A stretch of DNA of 64,000 nt from Antedon mediterranea (Eukaryota > Animalia > Echinodermata): NCBI RefSeq assembly GCF_964355755.1, contig NC_092675.1, forward strand, positions 16,526,912 through 16,590,911. Reading direction: 5' to 3'. A program made the position numbers and the translations under genes. This document shows, one piece after another, positions 27,756 to 40,148 of this stretch. Numbering within the stretch: position 1 is the stretch's first letter; each line of letters opens with the position of its first letter. Below the pieces are notes generated by a model that was not told where the DNA came from, made no database searches, and worked only from the letters and a program-made list of their open reading frames with translations.

Positions 27756-30229
27756 AGTAATTTAACATGGGAATATTTTTGTACAATGTGAGTTACATTA
27801 CAACAAGTAACATAATGATTAAATATGAGTAATTCTGAAGAACAGAATAACCAAACTTAAATAAGAAAATGAATACATTGACACATAGTTACTACACAGT
27901 GGTGTCTACAAATAATTAATACAGTAATCATACACATATACTAAATAGTGTAAACACATAAAAACTAAACAATGCATACAAATGGTGAGAGAAAAATACA
28001 TTCAAAAATTATATTATCTATTAATTACTATACTGAAACAAGTTGAGATTGTTTTCACATAAAAACACCACAAATAATTATGTCAATATGGTAATGGATT
28101 CTTAAGGTTTAATCAAATTAAAGATATCATAACTTTCACTTACCATGAACTTTCAGTTCTTAATCTCAAGCGATAGATACAGTAGTACATTGGTAACTTT
28201 ATTTTGGCTAACCTTCAAAATAAACTATATCTAATCACAAAAAATGGTTAAACTCTAGGGTACAAGGGTTGGTTTTGGATGAGACTCTAAGTTAGGAACA
28301 GGAGGATACATTTTATCGTTTCAATGATACCAGTACATATTATCATAATGTATTGGATTAACTATAGGGCATCGGTGTTGGTTTAAGTTAAGTTAGTACT
28401 GTTACTGTAGGATTCATCTTTATCTTGTTTGAAAATCTGACTAGTCAGATTTATGTACTGTACCTCTTCTAAACCATTAAACATCTTTATTTTGCCTTCA
28501 AAGAAACTCATTTTTAGTCACATAAAGTATTGTATTAACTATAGGGTATTTGGGTTTGTTTGGGTTCTTTCTTTCATTTAGGAGAAAACTTCATAGTTGA
28601 AGCATGGAGGTATATTTTATACCTCCATGGTTGAAGGCTACTTCTCCACTGGCTATAGTGTTGCAATTTTTTTTTTTTGCATACAGTGTGTGGTGCATAT
28701 ATGTTAAAATAACATTTATGTACAATCCCTTTCGCTTAGTCTCCAAAAGATCTCCATCTGCATATATCGCTATCACGACCCTGAACAACTTCCAGTTCCT
28801 ACAGTAGGTCATCTTTATCTTGTTTGAAAATCTGACGAGTGAGACTTTATACTGTACCTCTTCCAATCAATTTAAGATGGGTGGGAAGGAGAAAGGTGGA
28901 GCCGAGGGGAGCATCACAAACATAAGTTAGAAATTGTTAATTACTACTGTAACTACATAGTGTCATTCTAGACATTAATAAACTGTAATAATCAAATAAT
29001 CCATAAATCATACCTTTACTGTATTAACTGTTGCAAAATTATTTACACCGGTGAGTTTATTTAAAAAGCAATAATTAAATCCTATTTAATAAACTGTTCA
29101 CAAAACGTGTTCTGCATTATACTGTATACAACAAACTACTAATTAATAACAGCCTAGATATGTGATGGCATGTCGATATGCTCATCAAACAAGATGCGTA
29201 CTACTACTACAAACAATATTCATAATATGATGTCTCACTGATTACAACACAGCTGGTATTACTCCAACCAGCAATTTTTAATAACCCCATATACCATGTT
29301 TTTTTAGAATTCATAATTAGGAATAATTAGTTAATATTATATATTATAATATCTATATGATATAAACATTTTTTTTTAGTCAACTAAAAAAAAGGTTTTC
29401 AGTTATAGTAAATAAGTTTGCGGAATCTACTAATTGCTGAAGTATGCATCCACAGTGTGGAAATCATGTTTTTAAAGTGAAAATAAATACCAGTAATGTA
29501 TTGTATTAATATACAAATTATATCAATTAATTACAGTTTTGGGTCAGTCTAATTCACAATTAATGTGAGGAGTACAGTACATGCGTTGGTTTCTGGATCA
29601 AAAATTGAAAGACTAAAAATGAAAATATGTCATAAATAGATTCTGTAGTGTAATGTGTGTTATTGAGTTTGTACGATTATTAGTTGTATTTTGTGCACAC
29701 TACCATTTCGTAGGGTCTTATCGGCTTTTACGTGTGCTGTCTTCTCTGTCATGGTCTTAGTTTTAGAAACACCCATCAGTAGAGGGCGACGTTAAAAAAA
29801 AATACAAATTTGTTTTCGATATTTAGATTTTTTTAATTTGTTTTCGGTTTGTTTTCAGTTGTTTATGATTGTTTTCGGTAATAAATCCAAAGGCAAATTA
29901 CTGAAAAAATAATATACAAATTTAAAATATATTAAATCATTTTGAAATAAATGAATCTTCTCTTGATGGCGGTGATAAGGTAATGTCTGAGAAGTTTTTA
30001 GACAATTAAAGTAATTATCAATTTGTTTTTACATTGAGAAATCTCAATATTATTCTATTTATTCAAAAAATCTAAATTATATTATATCCTACATTTAATT
30101 AATAATATTAATTTTAAAATAAATTAACAAAGATTGGTTTTTTGATGTTTAGTCTTAAATATTTTTTAAAATTTGATAAAATGCCACAAATATGTTTAAA
30201 AATGAACAACCACTTTTTTTCTTTTGAGC

Positions 30230-30585
30230 CTAGACTGGTGGGCCACAAAATATCCCAGAAATGTTAGCTAGGCCTACCTAGGCCTACAGTAGAGAATAAA
30301 AAAGAGGTGTTTCAACCCAGGTCGGCTGTACCCTATTAATGCCTTGTCTGGCATCCTGGCTCACACAACCACCAACACATATTTATGTCTACTACTAGGC
30401 CTAACTAGTACAGTAGTAGGGTAGGCCTAGGCATAACCTGCTAGCCTAGAGGTACTACTACTGTAAGTAGGGCCTAGCCCCTAGCTAGCTTAGCTAGAGG
30501 GGGGGACCCTAGTACTGTATTATAGATATAGGCTAGGCCTACTGAACTGTCTGTAGGCTAGCTAACTATAATAGAGGCCACATAC
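30230..30585. promoter_or_regulatory. Cluster of TAGGCCTA / CTAGCTAG palindromes at the start of a probable first intron
   Basis: Dense TAGGCCTA, GCCTAG and GCTAGC words immediately downstream (minus sense) of donor AAG|gtaagc at 30653/30652. Confidence 0.45.
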
Positions 30586-30652
30586 TAACTAATTAAAAAT
30601 ATATATAATATTGTTGGCAACTCTTTGTTCACTTACAATACATGGAGCTTAC

Positions 30653-30730
30653 CTTTTTTTTTAAATACAAGGAAAACCCATGAACTGTTTAAAGAACATC
30701 ACATCAAAAAAGCCGCCACTGTAAAAAAAA
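30653..30730 (-). other. Candidate non-coding first exon of the unidentified gene
   Basis: Consensus donor AAAG|GTAAGC with GTGGCGGC upstream. The 5' boundary is a guess. Confidence 0.35.
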
Positions 30731-31309
30731 AACCACCTGTTGTTTTTTTTTGTCGGTAAAAAATCATGCGCTGATGATAGAGGGGGTATAATAATGCTGA
30801 GTTAAACGTATGAAACGCCAATTGTGAATTATAAAAATGCACAGTATAGTATATTCCTGTCATACCAAAGAGTGATATTCTTTGGTCATACTGACACATG
30901 GGTATGAGGTGCAAACTTGGAAAGTTAAGGACTATTTTATAGCTTGATATTTCTATTATGAATTAAATAAATTTATTGTACCTAATCTACATGATCTTGT
31001 TTGACAATTTGCAGAAATTTAATATGGTGCCTAGAAATTCAGTGGTTATGAAGCCTCCATCATCATTCGATGTGTGTAAACAGCTCCTGTCAAAGTAACT
31101 TTATGCAAAGTGCAAACTGTTTTCAATGACCTCTATTCTTAATTACTATAAATTTCAAGGAAAAGAATTTGGATGTTGCTTATCAATGACACACAGTAGT
31201 CTGTGAAAGATACCAAAAGTATTGAAATATCTATTAAAGAATCGAAAGACCAATTTGAATATCTGTGTATACAAGTTCAAATTACGGATTATTTGCATAT
31301 TACCCTACT

Positions 31310-31468
31310 CAGGGGGCAGACCAAAGATTTTTGAAGAGGAGAGAGGGAGTGCTCACATTTAATATTAATAGTCTATCAAAATAGATATCAAATAATTTTA
31401 TTTTAACTGTCAAAAGGGGGAGGGGAAGCTGGGCACCACAAGCACTACTACCCCTGGATCTCCCCCTG
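31310..31468. mobile_element. Degraded hAT-like MITE
   Basis: CAGGGGGCAGACC ... GGATCTCCCCCTG imperfect TIRs. No clear TSD. Confidence 0.55.
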
Positions 31469-32832
31469 GCACTTAACTGCAAAATGGATAGCAAGCACAC
31501 ATGGAGAAATTCTGTATAATGTGTTTTAAATAAAAACCACATTTTAAAAAGAAATAAATTAACACACAATTATTATAGAAGATGTTTGGTACTGTATAAT
31601 ACAGTTTTTTAGATAACAATATTAAATAAAATTTATCAAGATTACACTAGGTGTAACAATTTAATTAAAATTGACAACATACTGAATGTCAATGCATGAA
31701 AATCAAATAGCACATTAAGTCATCTTGTAATCAAATTGTTAACCTTTTATTCTTGGTTACAAATCATCTATTAAAAAGTACTTATTTTGAACAATTAATT
31801 CCACTGCCTTATTATAGTGTACATTCTGTATTAAAACTAAGATATTTATAGAAGACAATCCTGGCTATATTTGTTCTGTACAATTATAATATCTTACAAA
31901 CTATACAAACTCATATCTCTGTATAATGAATATATTTCTCTGTAACTCTACTTTATATCATTTAAATTATATTTATCATCATTTTTATTTATTAAAACAA
32001 CTGCAAGGAATTTATTCTAAATTTATCATTTTTAACGCTATTGTTGACACTAGATTTATTAAAATCACTTATCTCTCATAATCATACTGGAACTATTTTA
32101 GTACTTTATCTTCTCCTAAACCACCTTCGAAGTGTTTGTTTATGTCATTTTCAACACCATTTTAGGACATCTATAGGGCTAATACATTCAACAGCCAATA
32201 CTCCTGGGTGTCAGCTAGTTCAATAGTACAAACATAATGAATGTTTGAGTGTGATGGTATAAATAAGAGGTGAAAGATGAAAGGTTATATTTTTACGAGG
32301 CTTTGTTATGCTGTTGTTAATGGGTAGCGTTGTCCGAGCTTCGTTCGATAAAATACGGAATACACCATGCTATGTGGAGCGATTGATAGGGCATTTACTT
32401 TTAATCATCATGTGACCCCCAATCGTCCAATCAAATGACAGGAATTTATTTAGGTGTTATATAATTTCAAATAGGCATTCATTACTGGCATAGATTTACT
32501 GGCAAAACAATCCTATGACATATAAATATAATGTATCAAGCAACTAAAGTATTTCAGTAAACATGCATACACCATGCACAACTATCAGACTTGTTCATTT
32601 TTATGAAACTGTTGTAAACTTAAGTTCTAAAACTAATTAAAAATTAAGCAATTAACATCCCTGTAGTTCACACATTCTAACGGTATGCTAGCACATTTCA
32701 AAGAAACAGGACAACAGATATTGGTGTCTGATGTTCTCAACATTCTACTAAATTTTCTAAAAATGTTGCACCTTTTAAAGGATTACAGTTATACAGATAG
32801 ATGAATACTTCATAATGTTCTGCTGTCTTTTG

Positions 32833-33004
32833 AGGGTCTTTCACACCTCTTCCGGCACGGTTTCGGTCCGGTGCTGGCAAATAAAATCGAACACCAATGC
32901 TCCGTTTTCACATAGCTACGCGCATATCGATTCAAAACATTGACGTTCAATTTGATTTGAAGGCGTCGGATTGGAACTATTCCGGAGCTTGTGTGAAAGA
33001 CCCT
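32833..33004. mobile_element. Harbinger/Tourist-like MITE in the SZT2 3' UTR
   Basis: Perfect 14-bp TIRs AGGGTCTTTCACAC / GTGTGAAAGACCCT. Confidence 0.8.
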
Positions 33005-33073
33005 TTACCCTTGATTTTACGAGTAGTTCTGCCTCAAAGTTGCATATTTATGAAAGAAACCTTTAATTGGTCT

Positions 33074-33232
33074 TTAGAGAATACAGGACCAGAGATGGTA
33101 ACATATAAAGCTGATAATGTTTTCAATGTGTTGGTGTTGCTTTTGAGTACTGAACATTGAGACTTGCTCGTGTTCAGGCAGACTATACGCCATCTGTTCT
33201 TGTGCAGGATCACGAAACACCGAGCTAAGCTC
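33074..33232 (-). CDS. SZT2: SZT2 last coding exon
   Basis: ttacag|GAG, ELSSVFRDP...ICYHLWSCIL then stop. Confidence 0.88.
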   Translation of the reverse strand, partial: ELSSVFRDPAQEQMAYSLPEHEQVSMFSTQKQHQHIENIISFICYHLWSCIL

Positions 33233-33448
33233 CTGTAAAACACATAATAAATGATAATGAATGATTAGTCCAGGGAAGAGTAAAATTACATTCTTTTCTG
33301 CAGTCACATGTCTCCAACACTGCTCATGGCACAGGATTAAGCTCTCTACAACCTAAACATTCAAGGTTCCCTTACCTTCCTCCGCTTTGTCTTCTCATAT
33401 CTAAAGTTTGCTTGAAACAACCCTTACCAGAACCTACCTTGTCTCATA

Positions 33449-33596
33449 AGGTTTATCACAAACAGCGATGCTTGATGGGACGGAATTGGGAGCAATAGCG
33501 CTACCACCAGTTTTTGTTATTACAGTACTTGTGTGACGCTATTGCTTACCAACATGCATCACTCATGCATCGCTCATGCTATTTGCGATAAACCCT
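33449..33596. mobile_element. Small MITE in the last SZT2 intron
   Basis: AGGTTTATCACAAACAGC inverted against GCTATTTGCGATAAACCCT. Confidence 0.6.
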
Positions 33597-33752
33597 ATTA
33601 TACTCTATGATATGCATCAAGTTAAACCGAACTTTACAAATGTTGTAAAAAACCTGCCTTAAATTTATAACAGTAGTATAACAATTGTACTTTATACTAT
33701 ACTACTGTATACTCTATTTACAAAAAAATGACTTACATTATATAAAACTTAC

Positions 33753-34019
33753 CGATTTGTTTCTTAGTTTATCAATACTGATATGAACAAGCATGTCTGT
33801 ATTGTTTGGATTTATAATTACAAGATGTAATTGATTGCGATCGTCACTGGCAAATAGACAACTGTGTTTGAACCTTGTCTGTAAGGCCTTGATCAGAACC
33901 TCAAACCAAGTAAGAGGCATGTCTGTGATCACTTTTAACTGAGGATCTAGTTCATTCAGTGGCTTGTGGTGCACCATACCTAGTAACTCTTTCAGTTCTG
34001 CATAGCTCAAAGTCTTCTC
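33753..34019 (-). CDS. SZT2: SZT2 exon
   Basis: EKTLSYAELKELL...LNELDPQL...RNKS; AG/GT boundaries, phase 0-0. Confidence 0.9.
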
Positions 34020-34104
34020 CTGTAAAAACAACATTTCATTTTGTGCAATTATAGAATAATTACTTGTACTGTACAATATACGATTACAATATCCCTATAC
34101 TTAC

Positions 34105-34691
34105 AAATTTAGTATCATCCTCAACTGTATCTCTCTTTCTTCCCTTTTTAAAATCCTCATCAAGAGTTTCCCTTCTTCTCTTTCTGACTGCAGCAGTCTC
34201 TCCAGATGGCAGCAACCTCCAGAGAAAGTCCCGGCGTGAGTTGTAGGCACCTTGTTTTACCATCTTCTTTATCTTGTCTCTTGCCACGCTAGCCTCTTTA
34301 CGGACAAGTAGATAGCATTGTGATTCCTCTTTTGGTAGCTTGTCTTTAAAGTGTAGTCTGCCTAGTGGACTGTTGACTGTCAACTTTGGAAACATCTCTT
34401 TGTTATTAGTGACAATGACGTAATATTTCAACTTCAGTATCTCTGAATCAATACCATCTCTAGCCTGCTCATCTTGCTCTCTGTCAACAATGATGCTTAC
34501 ATCAAAATCATCTGATAGTCTTTGCAATTTTCGCTGGTAATAACAGAAAATAGCAAAATCATGTTCATCTTGTCCTTCATTTGATCCAACCTTTGACATA
34601 CGTAACCTTGACATATGATGCGAATTACACTGGTCTACGATGTATCGATATAGATTAGATGCTGCACCCTCACTCTTAAACTCCTCCGTTC
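34105..34691 (-). CDS. SZT2: SZT2 exon
   Basis: GTEEFK...LKLKYYVIV...RRDFLWRLL...TKF; phase 1-0. Confidence 0.9.
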
Positions 34692-34804
34692 CTAAAAATA
34701 AAGAGAATAATCAGACCTAATTAAATTAATACAAAAACAAAATAATTTTTTCTATTACATTGACAAAAAAATTCTTCTTGAATATTATTTTATTTTATTT
34801 AAAG

Positions 34805-34988
34805 CCTATAGACACATGGCCAAGGGTTACCAATAGTAAATTAACCACTGTCCTATCAGATAGCTGGTAACCATTCTGATACAGGGGCTTTTTCGTGAAC
34901 CAGTTCACCGGGGTAACCCACTACTCATCTCAAATTATGAACTCGGTTTTTTAAAGTACACACAGGCAAACTGTGTAGACTGGACCTA
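34805..34988 (-). mobile_element. SINE family A, 3' part
   Basis: Reverse complement matches the core and tail of the copy at 47400-47580. It ends where the Helitron begins. Confidence 0.75.
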
Positions 34989-34992
34989 TCTA

Positions 34993-36401
34993 TCTATAAT
35001 ATAATAGCACTAAGCCAAAATGTGTTCTTCTATCTCCTCTTAAACGGCAAGTCCAATATTAGCGTCGTTTAATTCTCCTCTATCCATTAGTCTATAGACG
35101 AGAGATGGCACTGCGTGGTTGCCAGCCAAACAAAAAACAAACTATGTTGATAAACTATATAGATCTGTATTTCTATCAAATTATGTGTCTTAGCTTGACT
35201 TTTTTTTAACTTGAACTGTAGTTGAAGAATAAATAGATAGATAAATAAACAAATATTTAGTGATTTTTGAAATTCTATTTTTTTATTGAAAATTATTAAG
35301 TTTTAAAATGACTACTTTAATAAGCATTGGAGTCACTCAGGCAGGTTGAACGCATTTTTTGGTTGGCTAGCAACCACGCAGCGTCACCTACCACCGTGAT
35401 GTCAGCACCGCAGAACTCTATATTAGAACGTCAAATTTGTACGAAAAATATGTTTTTTAGACCAATTTCTTTGCAACTGCCGAACACCGCTTTCGGCAAT
35501 TCTCTGCCATTTTTCTTATCCCACTTTGGTCACTTTGGCCATTAGCAATATCTGCACTGCACTGCTGCAGTTATAGTATGGCGGCAGTGCTGTTGTGCGC
35601 CTTTAAATAAAACGGGTGGTAAGTACAAAACTGTATTCTTGCTCAATGCCCACATAAGATTGAGCACCTATTTTACTATTTTTCCAAACACCAAATGCAG
35701 TGATAACACTAGGCTAGGTTATGTGTCTTACTAATTAATATTCTTAAGCTTCTATACAGTTGGCATAGCTGAATGCGGGATGATTTGGCCCAGGTATCAT
35801 GTCTGACTAAGAGTGGCTTCTAATTAGGTCCCAGTAGGTTTTTATGATTTTAAATATAGTAAAGTACATTATGCTAACATTATGTTGTGATATTTTTTGG
35901 GGAATTTTTAAATGTTCGTTTTATGTAATTTATTTCCAATGGATGTAGGTCTACAAGGAGGTACAAACAAGAAGGATGAAGTTGCAATCATATTTACTTC
36001 TTTCTAATTAGGCCTACACCACCAGAAAACATACATTGTTGTTATCTTAAAGACAAACCACCAATTTACCAGACAACTATATGGAATGCAATATTATGTC
36101 CTATACCAAACATGAGGATGGAAAATAACTGACATAATAATAATATTAATCAATAAAATAATAAACGTCTATTTGTTTAATATATTTACACAAAGATACA
36201 GATGTACTGTATATAACAAACTTGCTTGCTTTTAGAATTAAAACAAAATAGATACTGAAATATAAAGAAGAATAGATAAGTATAAATGCTTATTAACTTT
36301 ATTTCCTTTCTAGGCACTATCCATTTATAGATTTGTGTATATATTTGTCTATTATCTTTGATTAGATGATGATGCCCATCCATTGGATGGGTAAATGCTA
36401 G
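34993..36401 (+). mobile_element. Complete non-autonomous Helitron (~1.4 kb)
   Basis: 5' A|TCTATAATATAAT. 3' hairpin CCCATCC-ATT-GGATGGG (36375-36391) followed by CTAG|T. Inserted between A and T with no TSD. Confidence 0.78.
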
Positions 36402-36457
36402 TGGTTTATAATACAATTGTTATTAAAGAAAAACTACATTGATATATTTATAGTTAA

Positions 36458-38085
36458 AGGGGGGGTTCCGGGTTTAAAATGAATAGTAAAAAATGTAAAA
36501 TATATTTGTTTGTCTCTTGAACGGTAAAAGTTTCAATTTATATAAGCGCCCAGTGAAGCAGAACGAAGGCTGTGAAATGAGGCCAGATTACAAGTGCAGC
36601 TACGGCAAAATCACACTGTAGTTACAGAATAGGAAATTCGTGAAATGGTTAATCTTCCGACGACTTGTTATTATTAACCATATCAATTACTTTTGTAAAA
36701 TTATACTTATCTGATGTAATTTTAGTCGGTCTTCCCATTTATAAAGTCAATTTTCTATGAAAATCCATCAAAACAGTGAAAAATTAGATAAGTTTGCACT
36801 TTACGTTTGCCGATTTTCACACTGACTTAGGGAAAGCCTTCAAAATCAATGAAGCGTAACGTATACATTCCTGCTGTTGAGCGAGGAGAGCGAGACGACG
36901 ATACACGTGCTCTCTCTGCCCATGCCTGGCATCGTCACGTGATAAGCAGATACAGAATACAATACCAAACTGGTCGGGTTGAGTATACCCGTCTATAATC
37001 ACAAACATGAACGATGTACAGTATTTGATTGAAGGTCGACTCGACCTACCGGAATGGTATAGATAATATAGCTCGAATGAGAGAGTTGGAATATTTGTAA
37101 TATTTGCTAATTTTAACAAGTGTAGCCTATAGTAAAAGGCCTGGTAGTATCAATTCGCATAGGGTCTACTACACTAGCTAGCTCAATTTTTAACTGGGCC
37201 GGATCGGCTAGGTCTCTTTCCTACTACCTGGTCTACTTTCTTGATTCAGTATCCGCTTTTTTGGAGAGTAAACTAGGCCTAGCCTAGGCCTAGCTATGTT
37301 AGGCCTTCTTATTAGACGATCGGGACACCATACATGCGGACGGCGATCGGACCTTGTTTTGCCTCCATATTTACAGCCGATTTTGTAGAACGTTTTAGGT
37401 TTTAGATTGTTAGGATGGGTTTGGAATCCACTGAGTTTTGTTATTTATGGGCCAATCGTTTAGTAGTAGGCTAGCTGCTAGGCCCATGATATTATGGGCC
37501 CCAATGTTTTATCGTAGCCATCGTGGCATGGAATCCCTAGTCAGAACAGAATGACTCTCACACCCATGAAAAAAGAAATGATCTAGGCTAGGCCTAGCCT
37601 AGTACGTCAAGCCGATAATACGATCTGTACTATTCGAGGTATACAAATAGTATAATTTATGACTCCGTAATCTGTACTAAATTTTTTATTAAAATGTCAA
37701 ATAAATATATGCTACTACTGTTATTATTACACTTTAGGCCTAGCTTAGAAAATCTACAAAAAAATGTATTTCACAATGATCGGGTGGTCGTCGTTTGACA
37801 GGGGAGAGAGATGTAATTTAGTTGACAAACACAACGTACATGACGTCGCGAGTTTGGAATCCACTGATGACGTGATTTTGTGAATATCTCATCATGAATA
37901 TTAATGAGCTTCCCTAAGCTGCTGAAAAACAGACTTTCCATGAATTTACCCTAAATGTATATGAAAATTAATTTTTTTAATTTCTCGTTATTACTTCTTC
38001 ATTCTGACATGTCTATATTGTTATAATATTTTTTATTTAATAAATAAACGATATTTAAAAGCAATTTTAAACCCAGAATCCCCCT
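36458..38085. mobile_element. TTAA-flanked non-autonomous DNA transposon (Kolobok-like, 1.6 kb)
   Basis: TTAA|AGGGGGGGTTCCGGGTTTAAAAT ... ATTTTAAACCCAGAATCCCCCT|TTAA. Confidence 0.78.
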
Positions 38086-38125
38086 TTAATTATCAAAATA
38101 AACATACTTTTAAAATTGAACATAC

Positions 38126-38342
38126 CTTTGAAAATTTCATTGCGAGAAAAGTTTGGAAGCACTTGAAAATATTTGATGAAATCATCAAGGAAGCTGGTAA
38201 CATGATAGTCTGGCTTGAATATGATTCTACTGGTTGGAGATATACATGATTGAATCTTACGCAGATGGAAGTCATATGTAAATGAGTGCAGGTGTATTGT
38301 GTCTTTTAATTTATTCACTTCATCTGTAAATCTCATACACAA
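38126..38342 (-). CDS. SZT2: SZT2 exon
   Basis: LCMRFTDE...HLHSFTYDFHLR...PNFSRNEIFK; phase 0-1. Confidence 0.92.
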
Positions 38343-38629
38343 CTAAAACAAAAAAGAGAAAAGAACAAATTCATTATTCAATGCTATAAATTCGGACTGG
38401 TATAAGAGTTTGAGACCTTTTTGTGCCAATTTGGTTCCTTCAGATATAATGGTATAATGTTATATCATTGTACATGTAAATGCACTATAAACAACTTGGT
38501 ACACAATTTTAAAAGAGTATGGTTCAAATTATGGTAGGCAATCACTGTATTTCCATGGGATTGTAGAGAGAATAATTAAAATATCTCCAGTACTAAATAA
38601 ATCGAGGACAATAAATCTACAATGCTAAC

Positions 38630-38704
38630 CTGTGAATTGACTTCTTCACCGGCAGGTACTCTAGAGCTTTCAAAGGCATAAAGCATCACGCAAAAGTAGG
38701 CATT
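38630..38704 (-). CDS. SZT2: SZT2 exon
   Basis: NAYFCVMLYAFESSRVP...; phase 0-0. Confidence 0.88.
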
Positions 38705-38815
38705 CTGTACAAATAAATTATAACAAATATAAACATTTTTAAAGTATAATATAGAATAAATAACACTATTTTATACTAACACATATAGTCATCCTATCTT
38801 AATATAAAAATTTAC

Positions 38816-38936
38816 CTCAAAAGCAAGTTGGAGTAGAATAATACCCCCAGGCACCACTTTCCTAAGAAAAGCCACTGAGTAGAAACTACTAGAGCGTCTG
38901 GTACGAGGTGAGTGTTTACTTGGTTTATTTGATAAA
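38816..38936 (-). CDS. SZT2: SZT2 exon
   Basis: ...FLRKVVPGGIILLQLAFE; phase 2-0. Confidence 0.88.
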
Positions 38937-39049
38937 CTGTTAAAGAAGAATAATTAGGCAAATTATTGTTGGGTCTTGGGTGTAAAAGATGTTGAGCAAA
39001 TAGTCATGATGAAATGATATCAATAATTATGCTATAGCAGTAAGAGCAG

Positions 39050-39390
39050 CAGTGAGTGTGGTCGAGAGGTTAAGACAATGGAACTGTAATCCATAGCCAT
39101 AACATTGGCAAGACTCACTTGCTCAATGGTTCTGGTCGTAAAACAAGTCTTCTCGGACAAGGACTATAAACAGTAAGTCCACTGTACACAAAATGTTTGT
39201 GTGCACTCTAAAGAACCTAGTACATTTTCCGAGATGAGTAGGGGGTTCCTTACACATCCACTGTCGTGGACAGACCAATAAGCACTAGAATTGTCAGCAC
39301 TGACATGATGCGACCCTTAGGGGAGAAGCATGTAGTTGAAAAGTGTAACATCCAAGTCCACAATGCCATGAGCAATGATCGTTGGAATGA
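39050..39390 (+). mobile_element. SINE family A
   Basis: A-box TGGTCGAGAGG and the shared core. Confidence 0.8.
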
Positions 39391-39529
39391 CACTATATAA
39401 ATCAAAAATATTATTATATTATTATTTAATAGTAGCAGCAGAAGTAGCATAGTAATAGTGGTAGTTGTAGATAAAAGATGTCTTAATGATTTATTAGAAA
39501 TGATTACCAACATCATTTATAATACTTAC

Positions 39530-39786
39530 CTTTTCCTTGGAGATGTATCAGTTGTTTGTATCTGCATAAATCCTAGTCGTTGCTGTAAGTACTGAATGTA
39601 CATACTAACATACGTTGACCTAAGGTCAATGTGCCAAGGTTGCTCCGACTTAGGCTGGGTCTGTGGTGACAGTTTTAGAGCGTGGCTATGCATTACCTGA
39701 CCCCTCCATTCTGGGCTGAACAATAACGGAGTGCAGCAGTAATGGATGAGGCGAGAATTCTTCTTTAACAAGTTTAACATTTCCTC
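39530..39786 (-). CDS. SZT2: SZT2 exon
   Basis: SRLIHYCCTPLLF...YIQYLQ; phase 0-2. Confidence 0.92.
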
Positions 39787-39904
39787 CTAGTTGTAAAACA
39801 AAAATAAACAACATTTAAATTAGACAAAGTAATTAAAAACATGTTTATTCATATTAGTTTTAATATCAAAAGGGACTGGAATAAAATATTCTAAACAAAC
39901 TTAC

Positions 39905-39975
39905 AGAAATTGGCTGAGGAACCCGTTTCTGCCATTCTAGGTATAGACTCTGAAGTTTAAACCTCTTTTCTGCAT
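39905..39975 (-). CDS. SZT2: SZT2 exon
   Basis: LQSLYLEWQKR; phase 1-0. Confidence 0.85.
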
Positions 39976-40148
39976 CTGTAAAAAATAAATAACAAAAAGT
40001 ATATTTCTAAAATTAAAAATAGTTAATTGTAAAATGTTTGGTATGTATAATTGTTGGTATACACTTGTACAGCATGAGAAAATATTAATAACAGTAAATA
40101 GTTGTTTTAAATATAAACACACATTTCAAATTAATAAACAAAAAGTAC

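Noticed and set aside
28360-28865. Imperfect direct repeats (28410-28450 vs 28808-28862) as LTRs
   Set aside because: Short and degenerate, with no TG...CA ends, PBS or internal coding sequence. Probably an old local duplication.
29775-29790. CTCF-like site TCAGTAGAGGGCGA
   Set aside because: A single imperfect match is expected by chance in 64 kb.
32284-32465. Possible Crypton-like terminal fragment (also near 16780 and 48940)
   Set aside because: Only a short TATATAA...GATTGG resemblance, with no paired end or recombinase sequence.
36817-37119. THAP-like ORF in the Kolobok-like element (ends FPK)
   Set aside because: No C2CH pattern or conserved Trp; not supportable.
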